IMG/VR virus record: IMGVR_UViG_3300009104_000006
Location: 1 to 64,000 of that record
Source: a virus
DNA: 64,000 nt
Reading direction: 5' to 3' (one strand)
Shown in pieces: positions 7,857 through 16,292 of this stretch. Position numbers and translations under genes: made by a program. Each line of letters begins with the position of its first letter. The stretch's first letter is position 1. The notes beneath the pieces are model-generated. The model was not told where the DNA came from. It saw only the letters and a program-made list of their open reading frames with translations, and searched no databases.

Positions 7857-8164
7857 ACAAAGATGAAAATAGGAACACCCCTTATCACAAACTTGAGTGG
7901 ATTCACTTCGCAATTCAAGAGGCTATGAATGGAAACATAGAGGAACTCGACCGAGCACTCCCTCTCGTTGAGGACTTAAGGGAATACTCCATTCAAACAC
8001 GACTCAAAGCAAACGCACCACTACAACTCGCGGAAGTCAATCGGTTGCGTGAATTGTTAAGTGAAACAGAATACCGATTGGAGATAGCCGAAGATGTATT
8101 GGGTCGCTCGGATTGGAATACTATTTACCGTGAGATTATTGACGAGGATGGTGGAGAAGAATGA
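7853..8164 (+). CDS. Hypothetical protein with APLxLAEVxRLR module
   Basis: ATG 7853 overlaps upstream stop; shares NAPLQLAEVNRLRE with the 14.4-15.7 kb paralogs; ends GGEE. Confidence 0.7.
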   Translation: MNKDENRNTPYHKLEWIHFAIQEAMNGNIEELDRALPLVEDLREYSIQTRLKANAPLQLAEVNRLRELLSETEYRLEIAEDVLGRSDWNTIYREIIDEDGGEE

Positions 8165-8403
8165 ACGAAGACGAACACAAAAAGTTAGATGCTTTGATTG
8201 ACGCACACTTCAAGGTGGTGGATATAGATTCAGCCATCCTTGATTATGATAACCATTGGACTTTTGAGGAATACAAAGACATGGTGATGCACGCCGATTG
8301 GCTCATCGATTTATCAAGTGGAAGGACATACCTATTATCTCGCAGATGGGAAGACGACATTCAAGCACGACTACAAAAAATAAAGGAGAGTGAGGAGGAA
8401 TGA
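8161..8403 (+). CDS. Hypothetical protein
   Basis: ATGA-coupled, ends EEE. Confidence 0.65.
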   Translation: MNEDEHKKLDALIDAHFKVVDIDSAILDYDNHWTFEEYKDMVMHADWLIDLSSGRTYLLSRRWEDDIQARLQKIKESEEE

Positions 8404-8636
8404 GCGAGGACAAGCGCCATCCTCCATACACTATGCTCACCATTCGTGAGGTCATAGACACGATGCGTCTTCTCATAGAGAAAGAGGACTGTGAATTAGA
8501 TACGCCCATCGTGTGGTATCACTTAGCAGATGATTGCTTGACCGCTATGACACATGAGTGTTGTCATGTATTTCATGAGGATGAGTCATGGGTGGAACTG
8601 ACTCTCCATAACCCACATGGAGGCGAGGAAGAATGA
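8400..8636 (+). CDS. Hypothetical protein
   Basis: ATGA-coupled, ends GGEEE. Confidence 0.65.
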   Translation: MSEDKRHPPYTMLTIREVIDTMRLLIEKEDCELDTPIVWYHLADDCLTAMTHECCHVFHEDESWVELTLHNPHGGEEE

Positions 8637-8923
8637 GTATGATGAATGAAACAGATGAACACAACAAATGGAAGCATGGATATTGGAGATTGAAGAAAGA
8701 GAACAGCACGCTTAGGCTTAGGCTGGAGGTAGCCACGACGCGCATTGATGAATACAAAGAAGAACATGAGAGAGAAGTCATAGAGTTATGCGAGGAAATA
8801 GATGGGCTACGAAGGCAAGTGATAGAGGCAAGGGCAGGCGCAAGGATGGTTATGCACTTGACTCGTGAAGGCACACTCACTCCTGAAGATGGCGAGTGGC
8901 TGATTGATGAGGTGTATGTATGA
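8633..8923 (+). CDS. Hypothetical coiled-coil protein
   Basis: ATGA-coupled ORF with heptad-like middle. Confidence 0.65.
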   Translation: MSMMNETDEHNKWKHGYWRLKKENSTLRLRLEVATTRIDEYKEEHEREVIELCEEIDGLRRQVIEARAGARMVMHLTREGTLTPEDGEWLIDEVYV

Positions 8924-9096
8924 GCGATTGCAGAACTGAGAGAGTGAGTATCACAGACCACCATTGGGAGATGAGTGATATGTTTTGGGATGAGCCATAC
9001 GAACAGTTCCGAATAACGATTACGTGTAGTAAATGTGGGCGCTCAGGATGGGGCTGGGTTGATTTGCCTGCGATGATAGGAGGCGAGGAAGAATGA
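8920..9096 (+). CDS. Small CxxC hypothetical protein
   Basis: 58 aa, below the ORF-track cutoff; ATGA overlaps; ends GGEEE. Confidence 0.6.
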   Translation: MSDCRTERVSITDHHWEMSDMFWDEPYEQFRITITCSKCGRSGWGWVDLPAMIGGEEE

Positions 9097-9398
9097 GCAG
9101 CCACACTGACCCCGAAGTGATAGGAACGATTTGGTTTGACGATGCTTCGTCTTACCCACAGGCCTTGTCATTCATCGAAGAAGTATCTGAATTACTATGG
9201 GGTGCTAACGATGATGGAACAAGAGAACCTTACTCGATAGAAGAAAGCATTGAAAGGATGAAGGAATATACTCTCAAGTCATACGCTTGGGATTTGTTAG
9301 AGGAACACTTCTTTGTTGCTGATTGGGATATGGATAACGACACGGAAGAAAAGTATGAGATGCGCGAACTGATGAACCGACTGATGGGAGGCGAGTGA
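9093..9398 (+). CDS. Hypothetical acidic protein
   Basis: ATGA-coupled ORF. Confidence 0.65.
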   Translation: MSSHTDPEVIGTIWFDDASSYPQALSFIEEVSELLWGANDDGTREPYSIEESIERMKEYTLKSYAWDLLEEHFFVADWDMDNDTEEKYEMRELMNRLMGGE

Positions 9399-12071
9399 AT
9401 GATTACACCAAACAAAGACGACATGATGAGGATGGTAAGGGCGTTCGTGTCCATTCATCACGAAGTGAATAGCATTCACATCAAAGACGACATTGGACCT
9501 AACGCACCGGATGCTCCCTTCTTCAAGCGAGTGGCTGCTAAGGATGAGATGGATGAGGAAGACTACATCGAGATGAGCCAACGCTTCCGCAAATACATCG
9601 GCACTCAATTACCTGAGATTATGGAGATAGCGGGCTACGCACCTACTACTGATTGGGGTAAAGCATTAGATGGACTACATCAGATAGGTGAGGAAGCGAA
9701 AGAGAAGAGGCTTGAGCGTGAGAAGATACAACGAGAGTATGCAAAGAAATTGAGCAAGGGTGAGCAGAAGGTGAATAGTTATGTGGATGACCTCATTACC
9801 CAGAAGGGTTGCGAGTCATACTTCACACCTCTATCCGATAGCGAACTGAAGTCCTTGAAGAATGAACTCTTAGACATAGGTATAGATGTAGCGTCAGTCA
9901 ATGAGTTAGTGGATGGTGCTAACGAGAGTGGGTTGAGTAAGTTAGAATACTTCAAGTCGCAGTTCTCTCTCGACGTGGAGGAATACGAAGAAGTATGGTA
10001 TAGCAAGAACGACTACCAACAAAGATACCCACGTAAGAGTAAGAGATTGAAACTTGTATGGAAGGGGCGCAACACCAAGTTATACTATGACCTCAAGACG
10101 GCAGTGCCTTTCCCTTCGTTTAAGTATCAAAACTATACCATGTCTTGCTCGCTCGATAGCATGGTTATCGAGAAGGTATCTTCTATACTATCCAAGCATG
10201 GCTACGACACAAGCAAACTCGATGTTGTCGGTGCATCAATCAAGACTACTGAACCTAAGACTAACAGTAGTGGGTATGCAGTGCGTTTGAAGGGCGATGT
10301 TTTGTTCCTCAAACTACCTTACAACGATACTACGTGTAGGAATGTAGTCAAAGGACTCAACGGGCGTAAGTGGATTCCCGATGCTAAACAATGGACTGTT
10401 CCAATAAGCGAGGCTAATATCTTCATCAAGAAACTCAAAGAGGCAAGTGAATGGGATGATAACCCCGCCTCCTTACTTACTGAATTGGAAGGGATAGATG
10501 AACTGAATGATTACCTAAAGGGTAAGGCTGAACGCATAGCAATCAGTGGTGCAGCCACGCTCACAGATGATAAGGTAGTCAAGGAGATGGAGAGTAGGCT
10601 GGCTAAGATATTTCCAGACGGTCGCACACTCTATCCATTCCAATACGCAGGCGTGCGCTTTGCTGAGTTAGCACCTAACAAGTCGTGTCTAATTGGAGAT
10701 GACATGGGTGTAGGTAAGACAATTCAAGCACTCGCTTATGCTGCACTGCATGAGGAACTATGGCCTGTGCTTGTAGTATGCCCTGCGAATGTGAAATACA
10801 ATTGGCTCAAGGAGATACAGACTTGGCTTCCACACGTAGGTGTTCAAGCAGTGAAGACAGGAAAGGAAGACATAGAATGTGAAACATTCACCATCATTAA
10901 CTACGACTTGGCGAAGCGACAACAGGATAATCTTCATGCACTCGGAGCGAAACTAATCATCTTCGATGAATCTCACTACCTCAAGAACTCAAAGGCACAA
11001 AGAACACAGGCTTGCGTAGCATTAGCAGGAGAGGCTGACTCGGTGTTGTGTCTAAGCGGCACAGCCATTACCAACAGGCCTGTTGAACTATTCACTACGC
11101 TGGAAATGATTAGACCTGCTGAATACAAAGGGAACTTCTTTCAGTATGCAAAGAGATACTGTGGTGCTGAACAAAATAGATGGGGATGGGATTTCACAGG
11201 AGCATCTAACATCGAAGAACTACATGAGAAACTACGTGATTGTATGATTCGCAGACTCAAGAAGGAAGTGTTGGATGAACTACCAGATAAGGTGCGTCAG
11301 TTTATTCCCGTCGTTCCTAATCAGAAAGAGATGGCGGCATACAAGCGAGCACATAGAACATGGATGACTGACTACGCTCACTACAAAGCAGAAGGGAGAA
11401 TCCCTCTTGGCTTCGTTCTCAATATGCTGACTGACTTACGCCACCATGCGGGAACGCTCAAGGTAGGAGCGACCATTGATTGGGTGGCTGACTACAAGGA
11501 ACAGAATGAAGACAAACCAATCATCATATTCTATCATCACAAAGATGTAGGGGCTGGCTTGTTAGACATGATGACTAACGATAAGAGATACAACCACAAG
11601 AGATGGAGGGTAATAGCAGGCGGCACACCATCAATCAAGCGACAACAATATGTTGAACAGTTCCAAGCAGGTATGTTAGATGGATTACTTTGCTCCACGA
11701 TAGCAGCAAAGGAAGGACTTACTCTTACTGCCGCAGACACAGTAGTGTTCATCGAGCGCGAGTGGGTGCCCGGATGGGAAGAGCAAGCCGAAGATAGAAT
11801 CAACAGGATAGGACAGGACAACGACACAGTGTGGGCGATTTACTTATCGGTCGTAGGAACGATAGACGAAAAGTTCGACAGGATAGTGGAGGAAAAGAGG
11901 CGCATAACTTCCGCCGTTCTCGATGGTGGAGATGTAGGAGAAGATAGAGCAGGGATTGCGATTGCCCTGCTCAAAGCGATGGTCGATGCCGGAGAAATAC
12001 CTGCCGATATGCTGAAGCATATGGGTAGCAAACCAAAGGCACACGATAACAAGGAGGAAGAAGAAGAATGA
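9399..12071 (+). CDS. SNF2/SWI2-family helicase (SMARCAL1/HARP-like)
   Basis: GDDMGVGKTIQAL, IIFDESHYLKN, LSGTAITNRP, QAEDRINRIGQ; HARP-like segment RKWIPDAKQWTVP. Confidence 0.92.
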   Translation: MITPNKDDMMRMVRAFVSIHHEVNSIHIKDDIGPNAPDAPFFKRVAAKDEMDEEDYIEMSQRFRKYIGTQLPEIMEIAGYAPTTDWGKALDGLHQIGEEAKEKRLEREKIQREYAKKLSKGEQKVNSYVDDLITQKGCESYFTPLSDSELKSLKNELLDIGIDVASVNELVDGANESGLSKLEYFKSQFSLDVEEYEEVWYSKNDYQQRYPRKSKRLKLVWKGRNTKLYYDLKTAVPFPSFKYQNYTMSCSLDSMVIEKVSSILSKHGYDTSKLDVVGASIKTTEPKTNSSGYAVRLKGDVLFLKLPYNDTTCRNVVKGLNGRKWIPDAKQWTVPISEANIFIKKLKEASEWDDNPASLLTELEGIDELNDYLKGKAERIAISGAATLTDDKVVKEMESRLAKIFPDGRTLYPFQYAGVRFAELAPNKSCLIGDDMGVGKTIQALAYAALHEELWPVLVVCPANVKYNWLKEIQTWLPHVGVQAVKTGKEDIECETFTIINYDLAKRQQDNLHALGAKLIIFDESHYLKNSKAQRTQACVALAGEADSVLCLSGTAITNRPVELFTTLEMIRPAEYKGNFFQYAKRYCGAEQNRWGWDFTGASNIEELHEKLRDCMIRRLKKEVLDELPDKVRQFIPVVPNQKEMAAYKRAHRTWMTDYAHYKAEGRIPLGFVLNMLTDLRHHAGTLKVGATIDWVADYKEQNEDKPIIIFYHHKDVGAGLLDMMTNDKRYNHKRWRVIAGGTPSIKRQQYVEQFQAGMLDGLLCSTIAAKEGLTLTAADTVVFIEREWVPGWEEQAEDRINRIGQDNDTVWAIYLSVVGTIDEKFDRIVEEKRRITSAVLDGGDVGEDRAGIAIALLKAMVDAGEIPADMLKHMGSKPKAHDNKEEEEE

Positions 12072-12322
12072 GTAATGAAATTACAAGAATGAATGAATGG
12101 AAAATAGTATGCTGCGAGTGTAAGGCAGAAGATAGCATAATGTCAGACGAGAGAATCTATGCGACCTACCGAGTGAATGCTTGTGCTACTGATGAAATAG
12201 ACTATGACAGCGCAAGCGAGAAGATATACACCTCAACGACTGAGGGCTACTTCTGTGAAGAATGTCAGGAGAACTTCAGCCATGATGAGGTATTAGATAT
12301 GATTAGAAAGGTGAGTGAATGA
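12068..12322 (+). CDS. Zn-ribbon protein
   Basis: CCECK and CEEC pairs. Confidence 0.65.
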   Translation: MSNEITRMNEWKIVCCECKAEDSIMSDERIYATYRVNACATDEIDYDSASEKIYTSTTEGYFCEECQENFSHDEVLDMIRKVSE

Positions 12323-12648
12323 TTAACACAAATGAAGAAATGAATGTGCCTAAGACATGGGCAATAGATGTGTATGCTATGTGGCGTATGCTTGACCGAG
12401 ATGAGTGGCTTGCCGATAGGGTTGCCGATACCATACAAGACATTGATGAGGTGCTTACTGCAAGACAAATCATCAATGTATTGTTTGAAAGGAACAGGAA
12501 CTTAGCCGAGATGACTCTCGACTATATGTCTGACCTACATGCCGATGCATCAGGCTCTTGGGATGATGATGGAAAGGATAACAACATGATACTACTTTCT
12601 TGGGATGCCTACTACGAACTATACCCTGAAGAAAAGGTGAGTGAATAA
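12319..12648 (+). CDS. Hypothetical protein
   Basis: ATGA-coupled ORF ending KVSE like the preceding gene. Confidence 0.65.
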   Translation: MINTNEEMNVPKTWAIDVYAMWRMLDRDEWLADRVADTIQDIDEVLTARQIINVLFERNRNLAEMTLDYMSDLHADASGSWDDDGKDNNMILLSWDAYYELYPEEKVSE

Positions 12649-12649
12649 T

Positions 12650-13780
12650 ATGAGCAGCAATACAGGAACATGGTATAAGAGAAGTAGCACAGGTAAGATG
12701 GTTGAATGGTCGGGGTGGTCGCAAGGCGACACCTACTACGTCAAGAGTGGGCAAGTCGAAGGGAAGAAGACTACTACTGCTGGTGTAGTATGCACAGGCA
12801 AACAGGGGCGCAGTGATAGCGAGCAAGCGGAGTTCCAATTGAATGCTAAACTCAACAAGAAGAAAGATGACGGGTATCTTAACGACTACGATAAAGCCTT
12901 GACTCATGTAGTAATGCTACCAATGCTGGCTCACTCATACAAGAAGAGAAGCCACAACATCTCCTTCCCTTGCATAGTGCAAAGGAAGTTCGATGGAGTG
13001 CGGTGCTTCGCCATGCCGGATGGTAGGCTGCTCTCTCGTAAGGGCAAAGAGTTCCCTCATCTCAATCACCTTAGACACATACACATACACGTGCCGAAGA
13101 TTAACAATAACCCAATAGTGTTTGACGGTGAGTTATACTCAGACCACATGACCTTTCAAGAGTTAGTCGGATTAGTCAAGAGAGAGGCACTGAAGGCTGG
13201 CGATAAAGAGAGGATGAAACTAATCAAACTACGAGTGTATGATTGTTATGATACGGAGAACATCGACACCCCCTTCAAGGGTCGTGCTACTTTGATTCAA
13301 TGGATGCTATCTCGAAATTATATTGGAACTAATGTGTTGCGAACCAGAACAGCCATGCCGAAGGGTTGGGAGGCAGTGGAGAACTTCACTGCTAACAATG
13401 AGGATGACATATACAGGTTGCAGAAACAGTTTATCGAAGAAGGCTACGAGGGTGCTATGGTTAGGAATCTTCACGGCGCGTATGCGCTGGGTAAGAGGTC
13501 AGCCAATCTTCAGAAGGTCAAGACCTTCCTCGATGGTGAGTATAAGATAGTAGGATTCACCGAAGGTGAGGGTGGAGAAACAGGCTGCGTGATATGGAAG
13601 TGCAGCACTGCGAGCCATACCTTCAACGTTAGACCGAAAGGCACACGTGAGCAAAGAAGAGTATGGTTCAACAATGGTAATTCATACATCAATAAGATGC
13701 TTACGGTTAAATATCAAGAATTAACTGATGACGGCATCCCCCGCTTCCCTGTGGGGATAGCAGTGAGGAACTACGAATGA
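12650..13780 (+). CDS. lig: ATP-dependent DNA ligase (compact viral type)
   Basis: QRKFDGVRC (motif I), FDGELY, VYDC, GYEGAMVR, LQKVK, GIPRFPV; AGGTGA SD before ATG 12650. Confidence 0.93.
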   Translation: MSSNTGTWYKRSSTGKMVEWSGWSQGDTYYVKSGQVEGKKTTTAGVVCTGKQGRSDSEQAEFQLNAKLNKKKDDGYLNDYDKALTHVVMLPMLAHSYKKRSHNISFPCIVQRKFDGVRCFAMPDGRLLSRKGKEFPHLNHLRHIHIHVPKINNNPIVFDGELYSDHMTFQELVGLVKREALKAGDKERMKLIKLRVYDCYDTENIDTPFKGRATLIQWMLSRNYIGTNVLRTRTAMPKGWEAVENFTANNEDDIYRLQKQFIEEGYEGAMVRNLHGAYALGKRSANLQKVKTFLDGEYKIVGFTEGEGGETGCVIWKCSTASHTFNVRPKGTREQRRVWFNNGNSYINKMLTVKYQELTDDGIPRFPVGIAVRNYE

Positions 13781-14224
13781 GAGAACTATGCGACTGCTGG
13801 CCTACTGAATGGCATCAAGAGGTATATGCTGATGGTGCTAACAAGTGTAAGCACTGCGGTTTGCTCATGCCTAAGTTTGCGAGTGTGAATTGATGATGCA
13901 GTGTAGTGTGGATGGTTGTTATCGTTGGGCTAATACGCTCACAAGACTGTGCTACTACCACTTAACTTGGGGAGGCGAAGAAGAATGATGGCTGAGATTA
14001 TACTCACCCTTGTTGCTATCGTTTTCACGTGGTTCTTCGCCTATACTTTTCACTTCCTTTACACTAATAGTGTGAGTTTCATAAACATCGAAGAAGAATG
14101 ATACGCGCCTACAATTGATAGTAGTCTGTTGCGTTGTTCATATACTCTCGCAATCGTATATGCTGATGTATGTATTCGCGCATGACATTTGATGATAGTC
14201 GTTTTTTTTGGTGTTGAAGAACCT

Positions 14225-14247
14225 TTGGTATTTAAACGAAGATAGTA
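14225..14247 (+). promoter_or_regulatory. Conserved 23-bp motif, copy 3
   Basis: Exact copy, preceded by a T8 run at 14202-14209 (likely terminator). Confidence 0.8.
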
Positions 14248-14266
14248 ATAGGAGAATGAGAACAAT

Positions 14267-14443
14267 ATGAAAATAGGTAAATGGATTAACTTCGCAAGGT
14301 GGAGTGATAGAGCAAACTGCATAGGCAAGGGGCGCATACGTAATTGCGAAGTGCAAGATGATGCTCTAATGATTGATATGACGCTCGATGGTGTGCGCTA
14401 CATCGGCACGCTATACCAATACAAGGAGGATGAAGAAGAATGA
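14267..14443 (+). CDS. Small hypothetical protein
   Basis: 58 aa MKIGKW...KEDEEE; ATGA overlap with next gene. Confidence 0.6.
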   Translation: MKIGKWINFARWSDRANCIGKGRIRNCEVQDDALMIDMTLDGVRYIGTLYQYKEDEEE

Positions 14444-14757
14444 TTGATACACACAAATACGAAGGACACACGGAAGGACTGTGGGAATACAATACCGACG
14501 ATGATGGTTGGACACTTGCGGCTATCCATGAACGGAACGACCCTGACCGAGATGAGTTCATGGTGCTGATGACAAAACCGAATGGCGACCCTTACCTCAC
14601 AATGAATCCTGACCTCGCACTCATAGCAGACGCACCACTACTCCTTGAAGAAGTCAAGGACTTACAGAAGAAATTAGACAACCTGCGTGAGTATTGTCAT
14701 GCAGAAGGTTATGACATTTTCAATTGGGAAGTAAAGAACATTGAGGTGATTGAATGA
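14440..14757 (+). CDS. MIDTDKY-family paralog 1
   Basis: MIDTHKYEGHTEGLW...IADAPLLLEEVK. Confidence 0.7.
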   Translation: MIDTHKYEGHTEGLWEYNTDDDGWTLAAIHERNDPDRDEFMVLMTKPNGDPYLTMNPDLALIADAPLLLEEVKDLQKKLDNLREYCHAEGYDIFNWEVKNIEVIE

Positions 14758-14936
14758 TTGACACAGACAAATACAAGGAACTAAGAGAAGAAATAGAAAT
14801 GACTTTTCAGATTTACCAAGAGGATAAAGAGGAACTATTGAGAACAAACGGTGAAGAAGTTTGGGGTTGGATTCAAGCACTTGATTATGTCTTATATCAG
14901 ATGGATTTAGCAGAAAAGGAAGGTGAAGAGGAATGA
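14754..14936 (+). CDS. MIDTDKY-family paralog 2
   Basis: MIDTDKY start, GEEE end. Confidence 0.65.
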   Translation: MIDTDKYKELREEIEMTFQIYQEDKEELLRTNGEEVWGWIQALDYVLYQMDLAEKEGEEE

Positions 14937-15463
14937 TTGACACAGACAAATACCATAAGGCGAAACTCACAGAAGGGCCGTGGAAATACAAACGAGAAGA
15001 ATTGGAAGGAGATGGAAATTACCCTCGTGCTGATTTCAGGGCATACATTGTTGCCGGTCAAGATAGAATTGCTAAGATGATAACCCACACATACTACGAT
15101 GCACAACTCATGGCAGACGCACCACTACTACTCGCAGAAGTCGAGCGGTTGCGTCATCTATGTGATACATTATTCATCTATGCACATAACATTGAAACCG
15201 GACAATCCACCATCGAGAAATCCAATGGAGAGCCTCTAAGCACAATAGATTTTGAGAAAGATATGACTTGGGTGAATTGGGTGAATCAGCCCAAAATAAG
15301 CAACATCAAAATCGGGGGAATACCCCACCTAAAGATTGTCGATGATTCTATCCATTCAGACGGTGAGGCGGATTATGTCTTAGCGACTGAGTGTAAAGCA
15401 GGTCATTTGGTTGGGGAAATAGGATATGAGGATTGTCCTAATTGTGGTGGTGAAGAAGAATGA
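14933..15463 (+). CDS. MIDTDKY-family paralog 3
   Basis: MIDTDKY...TEGPW...MADAPLLLAEVERLR...CPNCGGEEE. Confidence 0.7.
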   Translation: MIDTDKYHKAKLTEGPWKYKREELEGDGNYPRADFRAYIVAGQDRIAKMITHTYYDAQLMADAPLLLAEVERLRHLCDTLFIYAHNIETGQSTIEKSNGEPLSTIDFEKDMTWVNWVNQPKISNIKIGGIPHLKIVDDSIHSDGEADYVLATECKAGHLVGEIGYEDCPNCGGEEE

Positions 15464-15750
15464 TTGACACAGACAAATACGAAGGACACATAGCAAGCGA
15501 AGGACAGACTTGGGTTTGGTCTAAGTGGATGCTAAAGAACGCTGAAACGATTGACCAACATGAGGCTACCTCCGCACTATTGAATGACGCACCACTACTA
15601 CTCGCAGAAGTCAAGCGGTTGCGTGAAGTAATAGATACATCACTTGAGTATATCAAGCGACCCGATATTGATGATGACTCACACACATTGAGTGTTGTGA
15701 AGAACACATTGAGTGTTGTGAAGAAGATATTGGAAGGTGTTGAGGAATGA
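15460..15750 (+). CDS. MIDTDKY-family paralog 4
   Basis: MIDTDKYEGH...NDAPLLLAEVKRLRE; internal 21-bp tandem duplication at 15683-15724. Confidence 0.7.
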   Translation: MIDTDKYEGHIASEGQTWVWSKWMLKNAETIDQHEATSALLNDAPLLLAEVKRLREVIDTSLEYIKRPDIDDDSHTLSVVKNTLSVVKKILEGVEE

Positions 15751-16235
15751 TTGACGAAGATAAACCAAAGAGGCTTACGCTTAAGGAGAACACGGCAAGG
15801 CATAGGAAGGAGCATCCTAACGATATTCTCTCCTTCTCGGAAGGTAAAATCGAGGATGAGTATTCGGGTATTTTCAGTAGCGTGACCCATTACGGGACGC
15901 TACATGTGCCAAGCAAGAAAGAATTGAAACCTAAGCGAAAGAAGAAGATGCTCTCACTCATTGAGAAACATAACCGAGAGGAACTTACATTATTTAGCAG
16001 ACGTGAATTACTATTGTTAGGACACGAGTGGCTTCGTATGTTCAGACACAATAGCGAAATCGAAGCACCGGATATGCCCATAGACAATAGTGGAGAGGTC
16101 ATAGATTATCCCGCAGGGAGAGGTCGCGGAAAAACAGCGATAGCCGAGTGGTTGTGTAAATACGAGTCGCACTACAATGAACTACAGATGAAAGCGGATT
16201 TAGATGAGAGAATAGAACAAACTCTTTTGGGATGA
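15747..16235 (+). CDS. Hypothetical protein
   Basis: ATGA-coupled, MIDEDK start. Confidence 0.65.
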   Translation: MIDEDKPKRLTLKENTARHRKEHPNDILSFSEGKIEDEYSGIFSSVTHYGTLHVPSKKELKPKRKKKMLSLIEKHNREELTLFSRRELLLLGHEWLRMFRHNSEIEAPDMPIDNSGEVIDYPAGRGRGKTAIAEWLCKYESHYNELQMKADLDERIEQTLLG

Positions 16236-16244
16236 AAACAACCT

Positions 16245-16267
16245 TTGGTATTTAAACGAAGATAGTA
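16245..16267 (+). promoter_or_regulatory. Conserved 23-bp motif, copy 4
   Basis: Exact copy upstream of the 16293 gene. Confidence 0.8.
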
Positions 16268-16292
16268 TAGTGAAAACAGTGGAGATAGAAAG

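Noticed and set aside
14440-15750. Diversity-generating retroelement
   Set aside because: No reverse transcriptase in the window and no adenine-specific template/variable repeat pair
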